Positions 51,401 through 64,000 of a stretch of 64,000 nt of DNA are shown piece by piece. The position numbers and the translations under genes were made by a program. Under the pieces are notes generated by a model. It searched no databases. It had not been told where the DNA came from and saw nothing but the letters and a program-made list of their open reading frames with translations. Numbering within the stretch: position 1 is the first letter of the stretch; each line of letters starts with the position of its first letter. The stretch is from Vicugna vicugna (Eukaryota). The stretch lies in contig MU058226.1 of assembly GCA_013265495.1 (NCBI GenBank), forward strand, positions 22,741-86,740, in the 5' to 3' direction.

Positions 51401-54224
51401 ACGCATATTCTACCAAAGTCCATTTCCTGGTTTTAATATTGCACTATAGTTACACAGGCTGCAACCACTGGGGGAAACTGAGCAAAGGCTACACAGGACC
51501 TCTCTAAACTATCTCTGCAACTTCCTATGAGCCTGTAAATATTTTAAAGTTGAAAGTTTTTACAAGGGGGGATAGTAGGGATGGAGAGGCAGTACAGTCA
51601 GCAGGGCTTAGTGACCGGCTAGCTACGAGAGGCTGGGAGATGACTCCCAGGTTTTGGTCTTGGGTAACAAGACGGATGGAGGGTAGGGGTATTAACTCAA
51701 CAGAGAGTGGGAGGAGTGAGCCAGTTTCAGAAACCATATAAAAGATTGATGAGGCCTGGGGGTGTCCTGAGGCAATGTTCAAGCCACACAGTCTCTTATT
51801 ACCTGGATTGCCAGGGGGTAATGACACCATCATCAGGGCCACCAATCAGCACCAGGCGGCCCACACGAAGAAAGTTCTTCCGCCACACTGCAGGGTGGGA
51901 AGAAGAGAGCCTTAGTCAGTCATAGGAGTCAGGCCAGGTTGGAAAGGGGAACATCGGGGCTCAGAGAAGCAGAAAATGGGTCCCAGGTAGGAGCCCAGGG
52001 TCTCACCAGTGGCATTGGGATGGTCTCTTTCTCCATTGATCAGGGCCAGGAAGCTGCTGGCATTGAGGTACAAGTCATCATGGTGGGGGTCTGGGTACAA
52101 ACAGCAGTTAGAAAGACAGTCAGAAGCAGGGAGAGGAGGCAAGACCAGAGGCTAAAAGAACAATCAAGAGGCTACAGTAATAGACAAGGTGAATAGTAAT
52201 ACAATGGTATCAATAATAATAATTGTAAACATGCTAGCAAACATCTTTAGCACCTACCATGAGCCAGATACTATTCAAAGTACATTACATTCATTCGTTT
52301 ATTTAATCCATATCTACCCTATAAGGGTATGTACTATATCATTATTTTAGATGAGGATATATAAATGTCATCATTATAAATGAGGAAAACTGAGTCACAG
52401 AAAGCCTGAGAAACTTGCTCAAAGTCACCCAGCAGGGCCAGGCTTCCAACCCAAGAAGTCTGGACCCAGTATCCATGGTCTTAAAAACTATACGAGGCAT
52501 TTGCAAACTATGACTCATTAGCCAAATCCAGTTCACCATTTGTTTCTGTAAATAACTTTTTATTGGAACAGAGACACACTCATTCATCTACATACGGTCT
52601 ATGGCCGCTTTCACACTACTGCAGCAGAACTGAGTGGTTGTGGTGGAGACTGGATGGCCAGCAAAACTAAAAATATTTACCATCTGGCCCTTTAAGGACA
52701 AAGTCTGCCAACCCCTGCACCAGATTTGGCTCTCTAAGGCAGTCAGGTGATACACATAAAACGTTTTAAACAGTGCAGGTTCACACAGTAAGTGCTCAAT
52801 AAATGTAAGCCACCATCATTATTATCACTGCTGCTGGTTATGGCACAGGTGGGAACAGCAGGCCCTACCCTCCAGGATGCCCTTTCCATGGAGGCTTCCG
52901 TTTGGCATGCCTTACTCACCGTGCCAGTAGTTGCAGATGGAGAATTCCTGGCCCCAGGGGCTATAGCAGATCCGGTAGAGGTTAGACCTCATGGAGGTGG
53001 GGAACAGCCACTTCAAATAGTCCGTGTCTGGCGAGAGAACAGCAGGGCCAAGTGACCCCAAACATTTGTACCCTCAAAACTCAGGGCCCCCTTATGGAGC
53101 CCGCAAGTGCCCACTCACCTCCATACTGTCCCATCTGTGGAGAGGAGAGGGAGATGAAAGAATCCACATTGTGTTCATCCATCACCGAGAGCAGTGCCCG
53201 GCACACGAGGCCCCCTGGCGGCGGAACACAACATTGGGCAGGGACTTAGGGACTGCCAGGCCAAAAGTTCCCCCATTCCACCCGCCCCCCGACACACACA
53301 ATGTACATGAAGGAAACCTGGCCCGAAGAAGGCAAGCACACCCTGTCAAAACATCCCACATCTTGTAAGTGACAGAGCCAGAATTCCATGCTGGGCTTCT
53401 GACTAACTCTAGGGTGCTCTTTACTGCCCCACTGTCCCTTATGTCCAAGACCGATGGGTAATGGATAAAGAAAGGGGCAGCAGTGCAGGGAGGACACACA
53501 GAGAGATAAGACCTAGGTGTAGAAGGAGGTCAGAAAAGGAGGGCTCGAGTACCAGGGATTTGGCTAGAGCAAGGTGGTTCATCAAAGAGAACACTTAGGT
53601 AAGGATTGAGCCTCAGATAGGGCTTAGGAGTTGGGGTGGGGAGAGGGTGCCTACCCTGGGAGTAGCAGATGAGATGCACCCCTTGAGGGGCCTTTGCCAT
53701 GATGGGGGCCACAGCCTCTCGGAACCCTTGCACCTGTTCCCACAGGGGCCGCAAACTCTCTCTCCCATCGAAGAGATCGAGCACTGTCACCACAGTCCCG
53801 GGGTGTGTCTGCGGGAAAGGGGCAATGCCGCAACTGGGGTTGGACTACGAAGCGCCTCCACACCGCCCCCTGGCCAGCACCCATATGCCTATTGTGCCCA
53901 GCTAGAACCAGGGATCTCGGCCCCCAACTTTCTCCCCGAGCAACTGGGCAGGCCCGGAAGGGCAGCTTTCAGTTCCCATTCTCCTTCCCCAGCCACTGTA
54001 GACACTTCCAAAGCCCCACAACAGGGTGTCCCCTGCCAGACCTCATTGATGTATTCCAGCAGGTGGCGGAAGCTGTACGAGCTGTCAAAGAGCCCGTGTA
54101 CCACGATGACCGGCTTGTAGGAAGTCCGATGGGGCGCGGGGGCTGCGGGCAGCAGCAGCAGCAGGAATGGCAACAGGAACAAGAACCCTGCCGGGGGGAG
54201 CCGCAGCCCCCGGAGTCCCGGCAT
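48500..54224 (-). CDS. PPT2: Lysosomal palmitoyl-protein thioesterase 2, 302 aa
   Basis: Exons 54224-54042, 53808-53655, 53214-53119, 53027-52920, 52090-52007, 51887-51803, 48881-48827, 48643-48500 = 909 nt; signal peptide, [11 protein letters not shown], nucleophile elbow [24 protein letters not shown]. Confidence 0.98.
49020..49630 (+). mobile_element. Old L1 (L1MC/MD-like) 3' fragment
   Basis: Recognisable motifs ctgaatctaatcatga...aaacccaaactgagggacattcta...catttcctgattttgatcatt...aaaatgttaaca...ttggcaacttct. Confidence 0.65.
50300..50642 (+). mobile_element. L1M (L1MB-like) 3' end fragment with A-tail, interrupted by the U6 copy
   Basis: Typical L1MB 3' UTR text (gtttcagtttgggaag...gtggtgatgg...atgccactgaactatacact...aattttatactatgtatatttt) ending in poly-A. 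Confidence 0.7.
50420..50528 (+). pseudogene. Retroposed U6 snRNA pseudogene
   Basis: Full-length match to U6 (GTGCTTGCTTCAGCAGCACATATAC...ACAGAGA...CCCCTGCGCAAGGATGAC...CCATATTT) with CpG-decay substitutions and a ~4-nt insertion; near-identical flanking repeats AAGATTGTGA (50406-50415) and AAGAATGTGA (50552-50561); no snRNA promoter evident upstream. Confidence 0.92.
50907..51060 (+). mobile_element. tRNA-derived SINE (camelid-type) in a PPT2 intron
   Basis: GGGGGAGGGTATAGCTCTGTGGTAG...GAGGTCCTGGGTTCAATCCCCAGTACCTC, AAAT-rich tail; 15-bp target-site duplication with 2 mismatches (50892-50906 and 51061-51075). Confidence 0.9.
51380..51562 (+). mobile_element. Old L1M 3' end fragment
   Basis: catttcctggttttaatattgcactatagttac...gggggaaactg...caggacctctct...tgcaacttcct. 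Confidence 0.6.
52215..52485. mobile_element. MIR SINE relic
   Basis: tttagcacctacc...atttaatcc...atgaggaaaactgagtcacagaaag...cttgctcaaagtcacccagc. Confidence 0.65.
52493..52717. mobile_element. MER58A-like hAT DNA transposon relic
   Basis: gcaaactat...gccaaatccag...ttttattggaaca...aaaatatttaccatctggcccttt...tgccaacccctg. Confidence 0.75.
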
Positions 54225-57009
54225 GCTCCCGCCTGAGGAGGGGGGGATGGGGGCCTGTGAGAGAGGTGACAACAGCCCCTCCCTTCGGAACAGACGGCTG
54301 GCAATCAAGCCTACCCTGCCGGTTCCCACACCTTGTCACAGAATATCCTACTTTTAACTTCCTCCAGTCCTCTCCCCACAAACGTAGACGCACACCAATG
54401 CGCACCCAAGCCCCGCCCCCAACTCAGCGGGGACTTTATCTCTAGGCCCAGGATCTTCCTAATGCATCATCCTAGCCATGCACGACCGGGGTTTCGCAAG
54501 AAAAGACCCCTGAGCAGCAGCGCAGGCCCCCTTAAGTGTGCAAACTCCCACCTGGCCTTGGTCCGCGAGCCTCGCCCCGCCCGCTGTTTACTTCTCCCCA
54601 GCCTGGAACCCACGTTGGGGAGGGGAAGGGTGTAAGGAAAACGCGCGCAGAGGAATGACGGCCGGGAGGGGAGGCTGCTCGGGGTCGCGCTTAGCCGTCA
54701 CGTCCGGGGCTTTCCCTAGCAACCGTGCCAGCGTCCTCCGCAACTCAGGCCCCAGACAGGAGTGGCAATGGAACAATCCATTGCGCCCTAAGAGCGGGGG
54801 AGGAAATAGGCGGAGCGATCTCTTTAGAGCGGCGGAGAGAGGGAGAAGCAGCAAACATATCCTGGGAACTGAGAGGTGGCCTCTTCAGGCCCTGCGGTAC
54901 CAGCGACCCGGGGGTCCGATTTCTCGGTTGATTCACCCTACTTCCCAATTCAGGCGACCCGCAACGGAACACGGAGCTCTCTCCCCAGGGAGACGCTGGG
55001 GAAACAGACTGGGGAAAGGTAGTCCTCCGCATTTCGTCGTCCGCCAGAGTAGGGCTGAAGGTAGCCCGGGCAGACCCTACCCCCAACCCCTAACCGCCCG
55101 CCCGCCCGCGCCAGGCCTGCATCTTACAACTCTCCATCCTGAAGTGCTTGTAGTGCCCTTGTCTCCAGAGACACGGAGAGTCCTCGAGGTCCCTCGAGAT
55201 AAAAGTGCGGCTTGGCCCAGTTTCTTTTGCCCTACTCTACTCCACTGCCAATATACGACCCACCCCCTGCAAGGGGACGGACGGCCTGTAGGGCCGCGCT
55301 GACTCACCCTCGCTTGGATTCGACCAATTTTTCAAGCTGAGCGAACCTCACAATCCCCCTACCCCCTGAATTTCGAGTTCTTTGTGGGCGGCTCCTTACT
55401 CAGACCTTCCCACCCGAATCGAACTTCTGAACTCCAGGCGTCCCGCACCTCCCCGCCTGTGACCCCTACGGACATCCTGGTGCCTGGGTTAGAGCTTTTA
55501 GTTAGCATTTAAAAACATTTCCCTTGATAAAAGGATTTTGCTGCTTATCAGAACCCCTCCCTCTGTTTACAAGGTCTTTGCCAGTCTAAATCTTCTCCCA
55601 ATAAAACCAATTTGCGCCTGAGTTATGATGATGGAGTGGCGGTAGTGGGGTTAGGGGCTCACACGAACCCCTTAGAAACCAGAACGGCGAGGATGGGGCC
55701 GTAATCTAAATCTCTGGCGCCTGGGACTGGCCCAGGCGAGCTCCTCATTTACACCTCGGTAGTCTCCTCCTGGACTCGGAGCGGAAGGACAGCTGCGGAG
55801 AACGACTGCTTCAGGCGGGTACTGGGAAGTACTAGTCTAAGGGGGGAGGATGGGGTGGGTAATAGCGACTCCGGGTAATAATGTTTTTGCAAAACGCCAA
55901 CGCTGGTAAATCTCGGTAGACTGCTAATCTTCACCTCCCCTCCCCACGTACACGCTCCCGAGATGAAAAGAGCAAAATAAAAAGACTGCAATTACCGCTG
56001 TGGCCCCAGGTCGACTCAGGCAGTGGCGCAGCGTCTCGGCGGGGGTGGTGAGTGGGTGGGATTAAAGGAATGGATCTGAACACTGAGGCCCCTGGAAACT
56101 CTAAGAAGCCCAATAAGCAAGGGGGAGGGGAGAGGGGATAAAGCACGTATTCCCAAACCTAGCTGCTAGCAATGAGCAGTTGATTCATCCCCTCCTCCCA
56201 AAGCGCTTCACCTCCTTCGCCGTGGAGGAAGAAGGTGTCTCTATCCCCTAAGCTTTCTCCAGTCGTCCACCACCACCACCACCACCACCACACCGCAGAC
56301 CTTGCTACCTCCAAACTGCTATGAACTGGAGCCTCTCGGTTTCCCTCCCCATTCATCCCAGGCCAAGGTGGCAGGTCGAGGCCAGAACCCTGGGAACTTT
56401 CCAGGCCATCTCTGGTCTCCGCTATGCAAGCCATTTTCCCTCATACAGTTATCTCTCCTTCAGAGGGAAGAACTATGGCCAAGGTTTGGGAGAAGATCCT
56501 GAGATCTTACAGGGACTCTGAGGGAAGCTGAGAAGGGGGAGGCCTGACTGGTGAACCAGACCCAGAGGGAACTGGGGTATTGAATCCACTGAGCACCTGC
56601 TCGGCTTCCTCTCATAATATAATCACTACAGCCAGTCTTGGAGGGGAAGACTCTAGAGAGTTCTTTCTCCCTCCTTCCTTCCCCTAGTCCCACCCGCCTT
56701 GCCTGGTCTTGCTTGCCTCCCTGTTTCCATGACAACTCCAAAGGAGCCCAAACTGGGGGCTTGAATGCTGGGGTGAGAGGAGGAGAGAGACCAAGCGGGG
56801 GTACGTCTGAAGCACTCCCCCTCCCTTCCCTCGGTCCCTTTAAGCTCCCCCCCCCCGCTTTTCCTCCGCCCCCCGCCGCCACTGTCTTCATCTCTCCATC
56901 TCTGCGCTGCTGCCGGCTGCGCAATCTGCGCACCCAGACTCCGGTGCTAGCCAGGGACCCCGACTCTGGACTCCGGCTGCACGGATCCTGTCCCAGGGAG
57001 ACCGCAGGC

Positions 57010-57010
<1 letters not shown>
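54200..57010. promoter_or_regulatory. CpG-rich divergent promoter and 5' UTR region shared by PPT2 (-) and PRRT1 (+)
   Basis: CpG-dense; CCAAT near 54396, 55247, 55324 and 55607; GC boxes; head-to-head ATGs at 54224 and 57010. Confidence 0.7.
56268..56291. repeat. (CAC)8 trinucleotide repeat upstream of PRRT1
   Basis: Read directly from the sequence. Confidence 0.9.
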
Positions 57011-59907
<2,897 letters not shown>

Positions 59908-60273
59908 TAGCCACGCCCCAACTCTCCCGTTTTTTTTTTGCTAGTACACTTCCGTCTCTTTTCCACCCTGATACCCGCCTATTTTCTTGCTAATCCCAGA
60001 GCCTCTATCTACTTTTGATTTTTTTGGAATGAGATTTAGGGGGTTCCCAGTTTAGGGACCTTCACCCTGAAATGAAGATTACGTCCCTGTTCTCTGTAAA
60101 TACTCCTTTCCTCCTATCCCAACTCCTGGGCAGTCGGGCAGAAAGGAACCCAGGGTACAAATCTCCCAATGTCGCGAGGGAGCCGGCCCGCTCCCCACTC
60201 CCTGCTCCCCTTGGTAGTCCCCATCTTGTTCTGATCTGTGTGTGAGTGTGTGTGTGAATTTCTGAAAGACAAC

Positions 60274-60279
60274 ATTAAA
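60274..60279 (+). terminator. Likely PRRT1 polyadenylation signal (ATTAAA)
   Basis: ATTAAA ~900 nt after the stop. Confidence 0.55.
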
Positions 60280-60829
60280 TAGACTAAGTAGATTTATCAC
60301 CCACAATTCTGAAGACTGCAGCCTTGCAAAGACCCTGCTCTTTTGGTTTCCCCTTTCACCTCCCCTTATCTCCCCTTGTGGGGTGGGGGTTGAAAAAAGA
60401 AAACTGACAAAGACAAAGCAGGAGGAGATAGATTCCCAGGACACTAGAGAAACAGACACAAATATGGGAGTGGGGGCCTCCCTAGGAATCTTACTGGGGA
60501 AGACTTTGGGGTCCATTCTCGGTGGGAATTTCTTTACCCAGCACACATTTTCCACTCTGTACCAGAATGGGCTTAGGACTTTGGAGAGGAAGGATTTACA
60601 AGGAGACTCAGGGATCTACCCCTAGAACGCCACGAAGTTGGGTGGAAAGAAGGCAGACCATTCTGAAAAAGTTGGCCAGGGATAGGATGGCAGGGGCAGG
60701 GAAAAGATGCCAACTGCCCACAGCTATTCCTGTGTGCAGGCTGGAGGGTGGCAGACAACTTGAATTAGAGCTCTACTTGGTATTTTGTTCCAGTGTAGGG
60801 AAGGTAAGGGAGCAAAGAGCTGTGGGAGT

Positions 60830-61157
60830 CTGCCTCAGTCCTTTCAGTCTGCTATGACAAAAATACTATCACTGAGTGGCTTACAAAGAACAGAAATTTA
60901 CTAGACGTCTGAGATCAGGGTGGCAGCACTGTAAGGTGTGGGTCATGTTCTGGGTTGTAGACTCATTGTATCCTCACTTGGCAGAAGGGGCTAGGGAGCT
61001 CTGTGAGGTCTCTTTTACAATCCCATTCCTGAGGGCTCTATTCTCATGACCTAAATACCAATCGCGAAGGCCCCAACTCCTAATACCATTATATTGCACA
61101 TTAAGATTTCAACATATGAATTGCCAGGTGGGACACACAAACCTTCTGACCACAGCA
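60830..61157 (-). mobile_element. MaLR solo LTR (MLT1A/MST-like)
   Basis: ctgctatgacaaaatac...gtggcttac...cagaaattta...ctcatgacctaa...aggccccaactcctaatacca...atttcaacatatgaatt...accacagca. Confidence 0.75.
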
Positions 61158-61981
61158 AAGCACCAGAGAAGAGATCAATAGCCTCTCAGGTCCTTCTGGG
61201 GCTAGTTGTCTTCTCCTATCCTGAGGTCAACCAGGAGACCTGTTGGGGAGGGGAGGTGGCATAAGCAGTGGACTTGGTATCTTCAGCTGTACACCTGCAA
61301 GACAGGGTCCTATCTTGAATTCCATGCAGGTTGCTGGTGAGACAGCAGGTGTGAATGCTGAAACTCACGAAGCTTATAATCTAGAAGGAAAGCCATGCAC
61401 CAAGATAGGAGACATGGGATGAGGATCAGATGGAGGATGGAAATCATGGGTTCTCCTTTGGACATTTCCAGTTTAATATGCCTTCCTTACCAAACTTCTT
61501 GAAAAAACTCATGTTTGCTGCTTGTACTTCCTCAATCACCTACTCACCTCCCTTCCCTTAAATAGGGTGTATTATTGTTAGAGATGTGTCTTTCTTTCAT
61601 ATTCACTGCTTCCTGACCCTTTGAAATATGCTTCCACTCCCTCCTTTACTGAAACTGTTCTTTCAAATAGTATTCAATGACCAGAAGTTACCAGGAGCCA
61701 AAATCAATGGCATTTTCACAGTACTCTGCCTCTCTGAACCTTCCCATGTTTGTCCCTTGACCCCGGATTCCCGACTTCCCAGGTTCAGGGACATTTTATC
61801 GCCTCCCCACCTACCTCCACACACACCTCAAATCACCCCTCCTCCTCCTCCCTCCCCACCTGTTTTTTCTCCTCCCTTACCTAAGTGTCTATCTCTGGAT
61901 TTTTTTTTCCTTCTTTGAGAATTTCCCTTGAAAATATCATCCACTCCAAACTCAGACATCATTTGTAACCAAATGCTTCTC

Positions 61982-62160
61982 TGCTATAGATCCAACGTTT
62001 GTGTTCCCCCAAAATGCATGTGTTGAAGCCTAATCCCCAATGTGAGGATGGGGCCTTTGGCAGGTGATTAGGTCTTGAGGAGGGGAGCTAATGAATGAGA
62101 TAAGTGCCCTTATAAGAGAGCTCCCTTACCCCTTCTACCATAGGAAAGAGGGAGATCTGG
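61982..62160 (+). mobile_element. MaLR LTR 5' fragment (MLT1A-like)
   Basis: tgctat...gtttgtgttcccccaaaat...tgttgaagcctaatccccaatgtga...ggtgattaggtc...gtgcccttataagag. Confidence 0.7.
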
Positions 62161-63092
62161 CCTCGTGGACCATGCTGCTGGTCCCCTAAACTGAGCATGT
62201 TCCAAACCAAACTGATGAAATACCATCGGAAACCTCTTTCCCTATCTCTGTTGACAGCACCATTTCTCAGCTCCCTTATCTGAAAACTTGGTGCCTCTTC
62301 CACCTCCCTCCTCCCTTTACCTTTGGTGAGCTGTCAAGCCGAGTCACTTCTACCATCACAGTGTCTTTTGGATCTGTAACTCTTCCCCAACTCTTGCTGG
62401 AAAAATGACCCCACCTAGGATTATTGCAACAGCTCCCCTAACAGATCTCCCTCTTTCCTATGGCTCCCTAAGCCAAGTCTTCCTTGACACTGCCGTCAGC
62501 TTATCCTCCCTAAACACACTCCTTATATAACCCCGCTGCTCAAAAGCCCTTCAAGATTTCCTGTTGCTTACTCAACTGTTTACAAAATTTTAATCTGGCC
62601 TTCAACCCCTTCCATAATTTCAAATCATCCAGCTTTCTCCAGAACCACGCTGTATTATCATCACTCCCACCTCCAGGTCTTTGCCCAGCTGTTCTCACAT
62701 CTAAGACCTCTTTCTCCAGTCTCTGCCTGTTACAAACCAAATTGCTTGCTGCTTCTCGTATGTTTCAGACCACATCTAAGCTTTTCCTCAGTGTTCTCCC
62801 TTGCTTCACATCTGCATCCCCACTTGGCCAAAATGTACCTATCCTTCAAGGCCCAGGTCAATTCACCCCCTGACCACAGCAAGAAGGAATCTCTCTCTAC
62901 TATGAGTCGGACTAAAGCAGTGAGTTTCTGAGCACCACTACCAGACTGAATATTCCTAAAGGGCAAAGGAAGTATCAGTATGTCACCAACAAAGCCCATT
63001 AACAATTCCTGGGAAATAAAAATAGAATCTGGGGATAAAAGAAAATCTAAACTTTGAGAAAAAAAAAAAAAAGCTCCAGGCGTTCCTTGAAA

Positions 63093-63273
63093 CAATGATT
63101 CTCACCCCTGGCTATACATTAGAGTCATCTGGGGAGCATTTAAAAATCCCAAAGCCCCGGTTACATCCTAGACCAATTAAATCACAATCTCTTGGGAGTG
63201 GGACTCAGGTATCAACATCTCTTAAGATATCCCCAGCTGATTCCAAAGGGCAGCCAAGGTTGTGAATCACAGG
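63093..63273. mobile_element. MER5A-like relic
   Basis: tgattctcacccctggctatacattagagtcatctggggagc...cagccaaggttgtgaatcac. Confidence 0.65.
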
Positions 63274-64000
63274 CTTGGAGGCACTTTCAGGACCACCAGG
63301 AGAGGAGAGACCAAAAGGTGTGGCTTCAACTACAGCAACTTTCTTTAGGAGAAAGGGATCTGTGTCTAAGTTAGGTACATTGTTTACTTTATCAGGATTT
63401 TTCCCCCATCTCTTCATCTCTTCCCACCTGACATCTTGATGTCCCCACCTTACCTAGTGAGTTACTTGAAGGCAGGAGCAAAATCTGGCTTATCTGGGGT
63501 TTTCAGATCCTCACTAGACAAAACCTCTTCTACCAATCTTTTAAATGAATTGAATCAAAAGGAATTAAGCAGAGAAAAAAAATAAATGAAAACGACTGCT
63601 CTCAGATCTCTTCACCTCACCGAGAATCCTCTCTCAGAAAGTGTATTCAATTCAATTCTCCCACCTTACCTTAACTCCCTCCAAACATGGTTCCCTTGGC
63701 TCTTGCACCCCTGTCAACAGAGATTCCATCATCCAGGAGAGTCTTTGGCCCCTAGAACACCCAGCACCGACTGGGAGCTCAGATTTCCCCATGATTCAGT
63801 CTGGGTCATCATGCTCCCATTGAATCCTCACTGAAGATACCGTATCTAGCTTACTGCCTTCCTCTCTACCACCACCTCTGCCATTTCATTTTTGGCAGCT
63901 TCAATATCCATGCAGATAACCATACAGCATCCCTGTCAGTTCCTTCCTTTCCTCACCTCCATTGATGATTTCCCGCTCCCAGCCCTGTATCATATCTTTG

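Noticed and set aside
54538..55302. 254-aa ORF in the PPT2/PRRT1 CpG island
   Set aside because: GTG start, no recognisable domain; expected in stop-poor CpG islands.
60300..64000. Possible further gene (FKBPL follows PRRT1 in human)
   Set aside because: Only LTR, L2 and MER relics and short spurious ORFs; no exon recognised.

Overview
Mammalian genomic DNA from the gene-dense MHC class III region. Gene order matches human: NOTCH4 (+; 27 coding exons, equivalent to exons 4-30, 5' end outside the window), GPSM3 (+), PBX2 (+), AGER/RAGE (+), RNF5 (-), AGPAT1 (+), EGFL8 (-), PPT2 (-), PRRT1 (+). I assembled all nine spliced CDSs by hand from GT-AG junctions; exon phases are consistent and none has a premature stop. 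Introns and the last ~3.5 kb hold old interspersed repeats (MIR, L2, L1M, MER5A/33/58A, MLT1), a retroposed U6 copy, and two tRNA-derived SINEs resembling the camelid SINE family, which suggests (inference) a camel, alpaca or llama genome. I found no wholly new gene system. The most unusual observations are: a 104-bp tandem duplication that copies a NOTCH4 splice acceptor; apparent loss of the esRAGE stop in AGER intron 9, leaving a stop-free frame that bypasses the transmembrane helix; a motif-dense CpG-rich promoter candidate inside NOTCH4; 12 CCAAT boxes in the RNF5/AGPAT1 promoter; and a mirtron-like hairpin in RNF5. Comparisons with human sequences and repeat-family names are from memory, not database searches.
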